In this document: piece by piece, positions 32,524 through 44,365 of the stretch
Position numbering within the stretch: position 1 is the first letter of the stretch
How the letters are laid out: each line of letters starts with the position of its first letter
From: an uncultured Verrucomicrobiae bacterium
GTDB taxonomy: Bacteria > Verrucomicrobiota > Verrucomicrobiia > Limisphaerales > JAFGQR01
NCBI GenBank assembly: GCA_963788655.1
Contig: CAWBHS010000057.1
Coordinates: 296,469 to 360,468 of the forward strand
Length of the DNA stretch: 64,000 nucleotides
Direction of reading: 5' to 3'
The notes under the pieces: model-generated
What the model was told of the DNA's origin: nothing
Database searches by the model: none
Seen by the model: only the letters and a program-made list of their open reading frames with translations
Program-made: the position numbers and the translations under genes

Positions 32524-34247
32524 AGTTCGGCCAACTCGAGTTCAGTCCCGCCGTGAATCCCGGTGTGCTCGACACGGGCACTTGGAGTCCGGTCTCGGCG
32601 TGGGAAGCCATTCGGGCCGCGAACTACGAATGGCTGGCCGCGAAACAGGCGGCAACGGAACACCAACCGCTTCCGTCCAGCGAGCGACTTAAAGCGCATG
32701 ATCCCTCCGTCGCCTGCCAGCCGGAGGCTGTCTTCTTTTTCGCCAGTCTCCCGGATGGACAGGACGTGATCCTCCGTATTGGCCGGAAGGAAGAGTCATC
32801 CCTGCTTGATCCACCCATCGGGCAAAGTCCGCTGCCGTCGGGTGATTGGCTCACCGCGTTCCCTACGGACGCCGCCGTGCTCGACCGGTTCTGCCGAAAG
32901 CTGAAGCCGGAGAAGGGACCGCGCGCCCTGGGTGCCACCCCGCGGCTCGGCATCGGCACGCGCATGACCACGGCGGTGTGGCCGGCGATATTCGACACGA
33001 TGCAGCAACGCGGCCTGGCCGCGAACGCTCTGCAGAACTCCGTTCGCGAATTGAACCTGCTGGACGATGTGCTGGCCGGCCGGCCGCCCGAGACAAATTA
33101 CTCGACCGGCATCGGCACCGTGGAATGCGGTTGGACCGGCAGCACTTACGAAGGGCTTTGGGCCGCCGGCGTGCTCGCGGCGCTGAAGCACAACGGTGCG
33201 CTCCGCTACGGCGCGGATGCCGACCACCTGCAAGTGAAACGCGGTCCCGAGGGCGTCGCCCACGCGAAGCGGCTGATCCGGGCCGCCCGCTATTATTCGT
33301 TCTACACTCTCGACATGGCGGATATCCTCAACTACGCCGCACTGAACGAGTCGTCCGCGTCAACGGCGGAAGCGTTTCTCGAATCAGCCATCCCGGACGC
33401 AACCGAACGGCGCGGTGTCATCGAACACCACACCAAGCCGTTCCAGGTCGGCAGCCTCACCTGCCATCTTGATCCTCCGGCAGTCGGCCGTTTCGTCGGC
33501 AAGTACTGGGACACCCTCGCGGTATTGGGTGAACTGGCGACTTACATTGCATCGTTGAAGGAAGAACCACACTTCGACCTGGAACTTACCGTGGACGAGC
33601 ACCCACCCGAAGTTGCCGCGTTTGACTGTCTCACCACGAATGAAGAGGTCTTGTTTCTCGCTCGCGAAATTCAACGGCGACAACTTCCGATCACTCATCT
33701 TGCGCCGAATTTCGGGCAGGAAAAAGGTTGCGATTACCGGTGTCCGGACGGGCTGGAAGGGCTGGCGCAGCGGGTTGAAGCCCAGTTCCACATTGCGGAG
33801 GAGTTCGGTCTGATGCTGGACGTGCACTCGGGCGACGACCTGAGCGCCGCGACCCGCCGCGTCTTCGGCCGGGCCACGGGCGGTAAGTTACACTTCAAAG
33901 TGTCGCCGATGCTCCAGCTTATTTTCGCGGAAGTGCTGCAAGAATTTCATCCCGAGTTGTTTCGCCGCTGGTGGGAGGATGCGCTGACCTACGCCCAACG
34001 GGAAGCGGCCAATGGTTCAACAATCGCCAGTGACTGTCTCGCGCAGCTCCAAGTCAGCGCCGAACCCCTGCCCTCTCCAAAGCACGCGGTCTTTCACTAT
34101 TTTGGCTTTCCGTTTGTCGGCCGGCGCGATGCGCAGGGTCAGTTTCTCCACCGCCACGAGTTCTACACGCTCTCGCCGGCGTTCTATCGCGCGCACCGCG
34201 AGCGCATCGCGGCGTACCTCGGCGAATTGGCGGATGACTTGTTTTGA
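32520..34247 (+). CDS. Tagaturonate epimerase (UxaE) family protein
   Basis: LGIGTR, QNSVREL, YGADADHL, LELTVDE, THLAPNF, HSGDD, LHFKVS resemble UxaE motifs. Confidence 0.72.
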   Translation: MKFGQLEFSPAVNPGVLDTGTWSPVSAWEAIRAANYEWLAAKQAATEHQPLPSSERLKAHDPSVACQPEAVFFFASLPDGQDVILRIGRKEESSLLDPPIGQSPLPSGDWLTAFPTDAAVLDRFCRKLKPEKGPRALGATPRLGIGTRMTTAVWPAIFDTMQQRGLAANALQNSVRELNLLDDVLAGRPPETNYSTGIGTVECGWTGSTYEGLWAAGVLAALKHNGALRYGADADHLQVKRGPEGVAHAKRLIRAARYYSFYTLDMADILNYAALNESSASTAEAFLESAIPDATERRGVIEHHTKPFQVGSLTCHLDPPAVGRFVGKYWDTLAVLGELATYIASLKEEPHFDLELTVDEHPPEVAAFDCLTTNEEVLFLAREIQRRQLPITHLAPNFGQEKGCDYRCPDGLEGLAQRVEAQFHIAEEFGLMLDVHSGDDLSAATRRVFGRATGGKLHFKVSPMLQLIFAEVLQEFHPELFRRWWEDALTYAQREAANGSTIASDCLAQLQVSAEPLPSPKHAVFHYFGFPFVGRRDAQGQFLHRHEFYTLSPAFYRAHRERIAAYLGELADDLF

Positions 34248-34259
34248 ACCACCAAGACC

Positions 34260-34940
34260 ATGCAACTCTTCATTGACAGTTCCAATCCCCAGGAAATCCT
34301 CACGGCTCGGTCGTGGGGCATCATCGACGGCGTAACTACCAACCCCTCGCTCATGGCGAAGGGCGGGCCGGACATGCAAGCTACGCTCCGCCAGGTGCTG
34401 GAAGCGTCGCCCGGCCCGGTCTTCTGCCAGGCCATCGGCTGGAAGGAGGTGGCGCCGCTCACGGCGCAGGCGCGTTGGCTCCACCGCTTTTCCGACCGCA
34501 TCATCGTCAAACTTCCCATCAGCATCGCCGGGCTTCAGGCGGTCCGGGATTTGAAGCAGGAACTGCCGAGTCTTCGTCTGGCCGTCACGGCCGTCAGCAG
34601 CGTCGCGCAAGCCTACCTGGTGGCCAAGGCGGGCGCGGACATTGTGGCACTGTTCAACGGTCCGCTGGATTTGGAACAGGACGAACCGGTTCAAATCGTC
34701 GCGCCCGTGCGGGCGATTTACGACCGCTACGGCTTCAAAACGCAAATCCTGTCGGCCGGCCGCTTTGCCCGCGCCTTCGGCGAATACGCCGCGGCCGGCA
34801 CGGATTATTGCACGCTGCGGATGGAGTTCCTGAAGTTGCTGTACGAACACGCCTTCACCGACAAACGGATGAACGGTTTCCTGCACGACTGGCAAACGGT
34901 CTTCGGGAACATGACCTGGCCGGAAGCCGAAGACAAAACA
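34260..34940 (+). CDS. Transaldolase / fructose-6-phosphate aldolase family protein (no stop in this assembly; reads through into the SDR)
   Basis: MQLFIDSSN, DGVTTNPSL, IIVKLP, AKAGA; 3' end approximate. Confidence 0.85.
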
Positions 34941-34997
34941 CGGGGCAGGAGGCAGGAAGCAGCAGACCGAAAGCGGATTCCTAACTCTGTCTCAGCC

Positions 34998-35783
34998 ATG
35001 AACACTCTCGACCTCTTCAAACTTGACAGCCAGGTGGCAGTGGTGACGGGCGGCGCGCAGAACCTGGGGCGCCAGCACGCGCTCGCGCTGGCCGAGGCGG
35101 GCGCCGACGTGGCGATTTGCGATCTGGCGGAAGATGCCGGCCGCGTCACCGAAGCTGAACTCCAGGCGCTCGGTCGGCGCGCCTTTTTTGCGAGGGTGGA
35201 TGTCACGCAAACCGAGCAAGTGGACGCCTTCATCAGCCAGGTCGTCCAGCGCCTGGGCCCGATTGACATCCTGGTAAACAACGCGGCGGTTCCGTCCGAG
35301 GGAATCGCGCTGCACGACGTCAGCGACGACCAGTGGCGCCGGATCATCGATGTGAACCTGTCCAGCCTCTTCTACGTGGGCAAGCGGGTGGCGCGGCAGA
35401 TGATCGAGCTCGGCCGAAGCGGGCGGATCATCAACATCGCTTCCATGAACGCGATAATCATTGGCAACCTCGCCCCGCGGCACAACGTCACTTACTGCGT
35501 TGCCAAAGCCGGCGTGGCGCACCTGACGCGCGGCATGGCCGCGGAGTGGGCGCCCTATGGCATTCGCGTCAACGCCCTCGCGCCCGGTTTCATCCATACG
35601 CAACAGACGGCCGCGAGCGCGAACATCCCGGAAATCCTGGAGCGAAACCTCGCCAACACCCCACTGAAGCGCTACGGGCGGATCGACGAATTGAAGGGGG
35701 CCATTGTTTTCCTCGCCTCCGAAGCATCCTCGTTTGCCACCGGCAGTGTGGTGACCTTGGACGGCGGCTTTACGGTTTGGTGA
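34998..35783 (+). CDS. SDR family oxidoreductase (gluconate 5-dehydrogenase/KduD-like)
   Basis: LFKLDSQVAVVTGGAQNLG, NNA, YCVAK, LDGGFTVW. Confidence 0.88.
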   Translation: MNTLDLFKLDSQVAVVTGGAQNLGRQHALALAEAGADVAICDLAEDAGRVTEAELQALGRRAFFARVDVTQTEQVDAFISQVVQRLGPIDILVNNAAVPSEGIALHDVSDDQWRRIIDVNLSSLFYVGKRVARQMIELGRSGRIINIASMNAIIIGNLAPRHNVTYCVAKAGVAHLTRGMAAEWAPYGIRVNALAPGFIHTQQTAASANIPEILERNLANTPLKRYGRIDELKGAIVFLASEASSFATGSVVTLDGGFTVW

Positions 35784-35808
35784 GGCGAGATCTGAAACGT
35801 TTGATTGC

Positions 35809-38110
35809 ATGAACAAAACCACGACCTACCTGAGCGATGCGCGCCCTGCTTTCGTGCCGCATGAAATCGATTGCGGCAAGATTCCGGCGTATCGCTACCC
35901 AGGCACGTTGCAATCCGAACTCCGCGCGGGAACCCTCACCCCTGCCGAGGCGGTGGCCTTGCTGGAGGACATGCTGGTCATCCGGGAACTCGAGGAGATG
36001 ATCGTGAAGCTGCGTTCCGGCGCTTACGAACCACTTCGGGGCTTCAACTATCGCGGCCCGACCCATGTTTCCGCGGGCCAGGAAGGCACGGCGGCCGGCG
36101 CGTGCGCGGCGCTGCAATGGACCGACAACATCACCAGCACCCATCGCGGCCACGGGGAAAGCCTCGCCAAAGGGACGGTAGCCATCCGCCAAATGAGCGA
36201 GGAGCAGTTGCGTCGGCGTGTGCCCCAGTGTGACTCCACCCAACGCGACGAACTGGTCGAGGCCGCCATCGAACAACACCTTTATCGCACAATGGGGGAG
36301 CTGTTCGGCAAAGACGACGGATACTGCCGCGGGCGCGGCGGCTCGATGCACATCGCCGATTTCACGGTCGGTCACCTGGGCGCCAATGCCATCGTCGGCG
36401 GCGGGGTGCCCATCGCCACGGGCGCGGCTTTGGCCAACCGCTACCTGGACCGGGACAGCGTGGTTTGTTGTTTTGCCGGGGACGGCGCTTTTGCCAACGG
36501 CGTGGTGCTGGAGTCGCTGAATTTCGCGGCCCAGGCGCAGTTCACCAATCATTTGTCGGTCGTTCGGAAAAGCGGTCTGCCCATCATCTTCCTGGTGTGC
36601 AACAATCACTATGGCATGACGCATCGGACCGATGGCGAAGTCATGGGAATCCAGCACCTGGCCCGCCGGGCCGCCGGATTTGCCGACAACAACCTGCACG
36701 CCGAGATTGTCAACGGCATGAATGTGCTCGCGGTCCGCGACGCCGTGACGGCGCGGCCGGAACCTCTGCGGCGAAGGTCAAGGTCCGGTCTTTTTGGAGA
36801 TGGACTGCTACCGTTACTGGGGCCATTCGTTGAGCGATCCGCGCCACGAATACCGCACCCGGGAAGAGGAAGCGGCGTGGAAAGCGATCGATCCTATCGC
36901 GGCATTCAAGCAGGAAATTGTGGACAACGGCTTGCTGGACGAGTCCGGTCTCGCTGCGTTGGAGAAGCGTGTCGCCGCGCGCAATGCCCGCGCCGCCCAA
37001 CGCGCCGCCGCCGCGCCGGATCCCGCCGCCAAGGACGTGCTGACGTTCCTGTACACGGACACCGCCAGCGAAACAGTCCCAGCCGAGTTCGCCCAGGTTG
37101 AATTTTTCGGCCCGCTGCCGGAGGTCAAACGCCTGAACGGCGAACTCATTTACAAGGATGCCATCAAGGAAGCGCTGGCCCAGGAAATGGCGCGCGACCG
37201 GCGGGTGGTTCTTTACGGCGAAGACGTCGCCGATTACGGCGGTGCTTTCAAGGTGACGAAAGGTTTGCTCGAAGCATTCGGTCGCGACCGGGTGTTCAAC
37301 ACCCCCATCAGCGAAGCCTGCATTTGCGGCACCGCCTGCGGGGCAGCCATGAACGGGCTGCGGCCGGTGGTCGAGTTGATGTATTTTGACTTCGCCCTCA
37401 TGTCCTCCGATCAGATCAGCAATCAGGCGGCAAAATGGCACTACATGAGCGGCGCGCAGACCGAGGTGCCGCTGGTCATTCGCTGTTCCGCCGGTGCCGG
37501 CAAAGGTTATGGCGGGCAGCATTCCCAGACGCTCGAATCCATGTTCTGCCACATCCCCGGGCTTTATGTCGTTTATCCCGCGACGCCGTACGACGCCAAG
37601 GGATTGCTCAAGGCGTCCATTCGCGACAATAACCCGGTCCTGTTCGTCGAGTCTCAAGCGCTCTACGGAATGAAAGGGCCGGTGCCCGAAGACGACTATC
37701 GGGTTCCTCTCGGCGTCGCCGAGGTCAAGCGCGCGGGCACCGACATCACTCTGGTCGCCTGGGGCCCGGTCGTTCATGACTGCCTCAAAGCCGCCGAGCA
37801 ACTGCGCGCCGATCGCGGGGTCAGCGCCGAAGTCATCGACCTGCGCAGCCTCGTGCCGCTCGATATCGAAACCGTGTTGTGCTCGGTGCGAAAAACCGGT
37901 CGCTGCGTGGTCGCCAGCCAAGCGATCCATATCGGCAGCTATACCGGCGAGATTGCTTCCACCATTCAGGACGAAGCCTTTGACTACCTCGATGCCCCGG
38001 TGAAGCGAGTCGGCGCCAAAAACGGCATCGCGCCCCAGTCGCACATCCTCGAGGCGGCGTTCCTGCCGAACGTCAACGATATCCTCGCCGCCGCGCAAGC
38101 GATCCTTTGA
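35809..38110 (+). CDS. Fused 2-oxoacid dehydrogenase E1 alpha+beta, copy 2 (frameshift ~36750-36790)
   Basis: HVSAGQEG, STHRGHG, GRGGSMH, GDGA...NNHYG, YRYWGHS, NTPISE, GQHSQ, VIDLRSL. Confidence 0.9.
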
Positions 38111-38118
38111 ATCCAGCC

Positions 38119-39477
38119 ATGGCCACGCCCATCCTCATGCCCAAGTTCGGCCAGATGACCGAGGAAAGCGTCATCGTCGAGTGGCGCAAGCAGGAGGGCC
38201 AGCCGATTGCGAAGGGGGACATTCTCTTCACGGTCGAAACCGACAAGTCGGTCATGGACGTGGAGAGTTTCGATGAAGGCACTTTGCTGAAGATCGTCGT
38301 GCCGCCGGGTATCAGCGTTCCGGTCCAAAGCACCGTCGGATTTCTCGGCAATCCGGGCGAGGCCGTTCCGGCGGCAACACTCACCGCTCCGGCGGTTCGC
38401 ACGGAAGCTGCCGATCAGCCCATCGTCAATCCGGAACCAGTCTCGCAAACTGGTGCCTTCAAAAGCCCGACGGCGAATTTCCCGCCTGCGTCAAATCCGG
38501 CCCCGGCCCCGCAGCCGCCACCGGCTCCCCCCGCGCGTTTTTGCATCAGTCCGCGGGCCCTGGCGCTGGCCCGGAAATGCGCGATTGATCCGTCCGGCAT
38601 TCCCGGTTCCGGTCCCGGCGGGCGCGTGGTGGAGAAAGATGTGACGGCTTACCTCGAGCAGCAGGGCTACCATCAACTGCGCATTTCGCCTGCCGCCAAA
38701 CAACTCGCGGCCCAAGAGCGGATTGATATTTTGAAAGTTCAAGGAAGCGCGGAGGCCAGGACGATTACGGTGGCTGACATCCAGCGCGCCGGGGCGGAGA
38801 AGCCCCGACCCTTGAGCCGCATGCGGCAGGTGATTGCCCAGCGCCTCACCCGGAGCGCCACTACCATTCCGCATTTCTTCGTCACCGTGGAAGTGGACAT
38901 GACTGAATTGGCCGGTTGGCGTGCCCGGCTCAAAGCACAGGGCGCGTCTTTTACGATCATGGACTTTGTCTCGCAGGCGGTCGTGTTGTCGCTGAAAGAG
39001 TTTCCCGCCGTCAACAGCTCGACCGACGGCCGGAGCGTCCGCGGGAACAGCCACGTCCAACTTGGCCTGGCGGTTTCGCTGGAAGAAGGCCTGGTGGTGC
39101 CCGTGATCCGTGCCGCGGAAGAGCTGACGCTTGCCGAATTGAGCCGCCGCGCCCGCGAGCTCGCCGAGAGAGCCCGTGCCGGCACGCTGGCGCCGGACGA
39201 GATGGCGGGCAGCACGTTCACCATTTCGAACCTGGGCATGTTCAACGTCGAGAACTTCACCGCGATCATTAATCCCGGCGAAGCCGCGATCCTGGCCGTG
39301 GCCAGCATTCGCGATAAACCCGCGGTACGTGAAGGTCAGGTCGTCGTGCGCTCGCTTATGAAGATCACCTTGTCCTCCGACCACCGTCTGATTGACGGCG
39401 TGGTGGCGGCGCGGTTCGTCAATGCCATCAGACAGAAACTGGAAGACCTCGAATTATGGAAGCGGTTGACGTCGTAA
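38119..39477 (+). CDS. Dihydrolipoamide acyltransferase E2, copy 2
   Basis: ETDKSVMDV lipoyl motif, two E3-binding-like repeats, TFTISNLG, DHRLIDG. Confidence 0.93.
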   Translation: MATPILMPKFGQMTEESVIVEWRKQEGQPIAKGDILFTVETDKSVMDVESFDEGTLLKIVVPPGISVPVQSTVGFLGNPGEAVPAATLTAPAVRTEAADQPIVNPEPVSQTGAFKSPTANFPPASNPAPAPQPPPAPPARFCISPRALALARKCAIDPSGIPGSGPGGRVVEKDVTAYLEQQGYHQLRISPAAKQLAAQERIDILKVQGSAEARTITVADIQRAGAEKPRPLSRMRQVIAQRLTRSATTIPHFFVTVEVDMTELAGWRARLKAQGASFTIMDFVSQAVVLSLKEFPAVNSSTDGRSVRGNSHVQLGLAVSLEEGLVVPVIRAAEELTLAELSRRARELAERARAGTLAPDEMAGSTFTISNLGMFNVENFTAIINPGEAAILAVASIRDKPAVREGQVVVRSLMKITLSSDHRLIDGVVAARFVNAIRQKLEDLELWKRLTS

Positions 39478-39657
39478 TCCGGATGGCAGCCGCTGACAGC
39501 CTGCCCGGCGAGCCTATTCATTCACTCCCCACCGTGAGGCGATAGTGGCCCTGGCAGGGAAAAAACCGCAAACCTTGAACCGAATACCGGTGGTGCCAGC
39601 GGCCGGCTTGCGCTACAAACCAAGCTGCTTACTGACTGGTAAAAACGTTATCGACCT

Positions 39658-42143
39658 ATGAATAAACGAACATTCAACTCCTTCACCCTCACTCTGGTCA
39701 GTGCCGCCTGCTGGTGGCCTGTCGCCGGGTGGTCCGTAGCCCCGACCGAATTCGAACTGGGCGAAGCCGCCCGCTGGGCCGCGGCTAAATTCGAGGCCGT
39801 GGCCGATACCGCCAAACCCAGTCCCGGCCTCTACGTCCTCGCCAATAACGATCCGGTGCAACTCAATGCGCGGGCCGGCAAGCCCATGCGCATCGCGGAC
39901 CAGTCCTACTCCCGCGGACTTTATTGTCACGCCATGAGCAAGGTCATCGTCCGCCTGCCGGGCCGCGGCGACGGAGTTCACGGCCATCGCCGGTGTGGAT
40001 AGCAACGACAACACGAGCGGCGGACAAGGCAGCGTTCACTTCGCGGTGCAGGTGAACGGCCAGGAACGCTTCAAATCTCCCCTCTTGCGTGAAGGCATGG
40101 CCGGAGTGCCGGTCAAGGTGGATTTGGGCGGCGCCACGGAGTTCATCCTGCTGATCGATGACGGCGGCGATGGCATCAGTTGCGACCAGTCGGATTGGGC
40201 CGAAGCCCGGGTAAAGCTCGAGGACGGGCGCGCGTTCTGGCTGGCCGACCTGCCCCTCTCCGAAGGCGCTGGCCGCAAGCCGATCAGTGCGGACCCGCCG
40301 TTTGCCTTCACGTATAACTGGCAAGCCCTCCGCCGAACTGCTTAAGAACTGGAAGGTGGCGCGTTCCCGCCGCGACCTGGATGCCCAGCGTGTCGAGCAC
40401 GTTCAGACCTACACCGACGCCGCCACCGGTCTGCAAGTGCGTTGTGTGGCGGTCGAATACCGGGATTTTCCGACCGTCGAGTGGACGGTCCATTTCAAGA
40501 ACACCGGCCAGACGGATACACCAGTTCTGGCGGATGTCCAAGCGCTCGACACCCAATTCGACAGCGGCGGCAAAGGCGATTTCACCCTGCACCATCACAA
40601 GGGCACTTTTGTCCGCGTGGACGATTTCGAGCCGTTGACTACCCTGTTGAAGCCGAATCAGCAGGAGCGGTTTGCCCCGCCCGCCGGCCGCCCGTGCGGT
40701 CACGTCTGGCCCTATTTCAACCTCGAGTGGGCGGGACAGGGCGCGATCGTGGTCGTGGGCTGGCCCGGACAATGGGCGGCAACCTTTGCGCGCGATGCCG
40801 GCGTCAACCTGCACCTCACCGCCGGGCAGGAACGCACTCATCTCCGGCTGCAGCCCGGCGAGGAAATCCGCACGCCCCTCATCGTGGTCCAGTTTTACCG
40901 CGGCGACTGGATGCGCGCCCAGAACGTCTGGCGCCGCTGGATGATCGCGCATAACATTCCGCTTTCCGGCGGCGAGAGTCCCAAACCGCTGTTGACGCCG
41001 TGCAGTTCGCATCAGTTTGGCGAAATGATCCACGCCAACGAAACCAACCAGGAGTTTTTCATCCAGCGCTATCTGGACGAAAAGCTGAATCCCGATTACT
41101 GGTGGATGGATGCCGGCTGGTATGTCAACCAATCCGGCTGGCCCAACACGGGCACATGGCTGGTGGACAGCAACCGCTTCCCGCACGGCTTGCGGGCCAT
41201 CACCGACTACGGGCATGCCCGCGGGGTGAAATCCATCGTCTGGTTCGAGCCGGAACGCGTGACCCCGGGCACCTGGTTGTTCGAGAAACACCCCGAGTGG
41301 CTGCTGAAAGGCACCCTCCTCAACCTGGGCAATCCGGCGGCGCGTCATTGGCTCACCGATCACATCGACCAACTCCTCACCGAACAGGGCATCGATCTCT
41401 ATCGTCAGGACTATAACATCGACCCGCTTGGTTTTTGGCGCAGCAACGACACCGCAGACCGCCAGGGCATCACCGAGAACCACTACGTCACCGGTTACTT
41501 GGCTTACTGGGACGATCTGCAACGCCGGCATCCGGGGATGCTGATCGACTCCTGCGCCTCGGGCGGCCACCGCAACGACCTCGAAACGATGCGCCGCGCG
41601 CTGCCGTTTCTGCGCAGCGATTTCATCCAGAACGCCGTCGGCAACCAGGGCCACACCTACGGGCTATCGTTCTGGCTGCCGTATCATGGCACCGGCACGG
41701 ACCAGGATGGCACCTATGATCTGCGTAGCGCGATGGACTGCTCGCACTTCATCGCCTGCTGGGACATGCGCAACCGCAAGCTTGATTACAATCGCCTCCG
41801 CAAAATCGTCAACGACTGGCGGGGCTACGCGGACAACTACTTCGGTGATTACTATCCGCTGACACCCTACACGACTTCGAACGACGCCTGGATGGCCTGG
41901 CAATTCGATCAACCCGAGCAAGGTCGCGGTCTTCTGCAAGCCTTTCGCCGCGCGACCAGCGTGTATGAATCCGCCCGTTTCAAACTGCGCGGACTCGAAC
42001 CGGACGCGCGGTATGTGTTAACCAACCTCAATTCCGGCAACGCGCAAACGCTCACTGGACGCGAATTGTCAGAACACGGGTTCTCCGTGGCCATCGAAGC
42101 CCAACCGGGTGACACGGTGATTACCTATACCAAGGCGAAGTGA
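39658..42143 (+). CDS. NPCBM-domain GH36 alpha-galactosidase-like glycoside hydrolase (frameshifts ~39970 and ~40318)
   Basis: Signal peptide; GLYCHA, GDGISCDQSDWAEA (NPCBM); WWMDAGW, WFEPER, YRQDYN, IDSCASGGHRND. Confidence 0.85.
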
Positions 42144-42190
42144 GCGCGTAAAAACCGGTTGATGGGTTCCGGCACCATTCTCCGACTCCC

Positions 42191-44352
42191 ATGGTTTGCG
42201 GACCTGATAAACGTCGATGGCGCCACGCCGGTCGCGGCCTAACACTGCAGCGACAGTTCCGGCGAATCGCGGCAGGAGCGCGGCGTTTACGCCGCTTGAC
42301 CGTCCTATCCCGCAAGCCGCTGGTTGGCCTTGGGTGCTTGAAGCGGCCCAAAGGCCGCGCGCCTATCGGTGAAAGTGTCGCTGGAGTGCTAAGCCGTATC
42401 AACTCACTTCGCCCAAGCTGGTTGAGGGGGGTATTCTATTTGGTGCTCGGTGCCGCCGGATTCGGCATCGGCTCGCTGATTGGCATCGCCGACCCCGTGC
42501 CGCCCGCAACACTACCAGAGCCGGGATTCTCATTGGTCTGCGGGGGTGCGACGAACGCAGCGGCGTCAGACTGGATCGACCCGCACTCGGGGCTTATTGC
42601 GCGACACTTGGTCACCCGCTACGCGAATTTCAACGCGGTCGAATGGCGATTGGAACTCGAACAAGCCGAGCCACGGCCCAGTCCTCCCATAGTGGAACAG
42701 GTCCAGGCGGGTGACTTTACGCTCCCCTGCCCGGTCGGCGAGCCGTTGACCTTGCATTGGTCGGAAGGCAGCCACGAAAGCGCCACGGATTTCCAGCCTC
42801 GGGAAACGTTGTTGCGGTTGGGCGCAACGAGCGAGTTCACCCCGCAGGAAGGCCGTTCTTCCGATGGGGTGATGCCGTATTTCAACCTCGCGCGTCACGC
42901 CGGGGGCGGCTGGATCGTGGCGGTAGGTTGGACGGGGCAATGGCAGGCGAGATTTACGCGGGCTACCAATGGCCCCGTGCGGGTGCAGGTCGGACAGCAG
43001 CGCTTCCATGCGGTGCTCCGTCCCGGCGAACACTTCCGCACACCCGCCGTGCTCGTCATGCCGTACCGAGGTGATTGGCTGGACGGGCAGAACCAGTTCC
43101 GGCGGCTCATGCTCGCCCGTTTTACTCCGCACCCCGACGGAAAAGCGCCGGAGCTGCCAATCGCCGCGTCGGGTGCGACCATCGGCTTCAACAATTTTAG
43201 CGAATCCAACCAGCTTGCTGCCGTGGACAATGTCATTGCCAAGCACCTGCCCGTGGACACCTGGTGGATCGATGCCGGTTGGATGGAAGGCGGTTTTCCT
43301 ATGGGCCAAGGCAACTTTGACCCGGACCCGCAGCGTTTTCCGCGCGGGCTGCGTCCGGTCGCCGATCGGGCGCACGCCGGTGGACTCCGGTTTCTGCTTT
43401 GGTTCGAACCGGAACGCGTTATGCCGGGGACCTGGCTGCGCCGGAATCACGAACCCTGGCTGCTGGTCCCGTCGGATCTCCCGGCCGAGCTCAAGTATCA
43501 GGACTCCTGGCGGCTGTTGAATCTGGGTGATCCGCAGGCGCTCGCCTGGCTGAAGGCGCACATCTCTCAACTCATTGACCGTTGGGGCATCGATGTGTAT
43601 CGCCAGGACTGCAACCTCCATCCGGCCTGTTATTGGCGAACCGGCGAACCGCCCAACCGCGTCGGTCTGACTGAGGCGCGCTACGTCGCGGGGCTCTACG
43701 ACTTCTTGGACTTCCTGCTTCAGGAACATCCGCAACTGCTGATCGACAACTGCGCCAGCGGCGGGCGGCGTCTCGATTTTGAAATGATGCGCCGCAGCGT
43801 GGTCCTCTGGCGTTCCGACCATTGTTGGCAACCAGAGGCCGACCAGGCCAAGACCTATGGCCTGTCCCTGTGGCTTCCCTTGCAGGGCCTCGGGTCCATC
43901 TCTGCTCAGCCCTATGTTTTTCGCAGCGGAATGGGCAGTTGCGCGACCTACGCCTTTAACTTCTACTCCGAGAATGAGCCTTTCTGGAAACCGCTGGACC
44001 GGCTCATTCGAGAAGAAAAGCAGGTGCGGCACCTGTTTGCGGGTGATTTCCATCCGCTCACTCCCTGGAGCACGAACCGGCAGGACTTCATTGCGTGGCA
44101 ATTTCATCGCCCGGACCTGGGTGAAGGGTTGGTCCAGGCCTTTCGCCGCGACCAGTGCATTTATGAGGCCGCGCGCTTCAAGCTCGTTGGGCTCGATCCC
44201 ATACCCGTTACGTCGTGACCGACCTGGATTCCAGCGAGGTGAAAACGCTCTCTGGCCGCGAACTGCTGGAAACCGGTCTGTCCATAGATCTCAAGCAAAA
44301 ACCAGCAGCCGCACTGATAACGTATCGAAAGCGGGAGAGCCTAACCAAGTAA
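42191..44352 (+). CDS. Second GH36 alpha-galactosidase-like glycoside hydrolase (start uncertain; frameshift ~44200)
   Basis: GRSSDG, WWIDAGW, LWFEPER, YRQDCN, IDNCASGGRRLD, WRSD. Confidence 0.83.
42243..42388. mobile_element. MITE copy 3 (146 bp; CTAA target duplication)
   Basis: CTAA at 42239-42242 and 42389-42392; near-identical to copy 2. Confidence 0.87.
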
Positions 44353-44365
44353 TCAAAAACCAACT

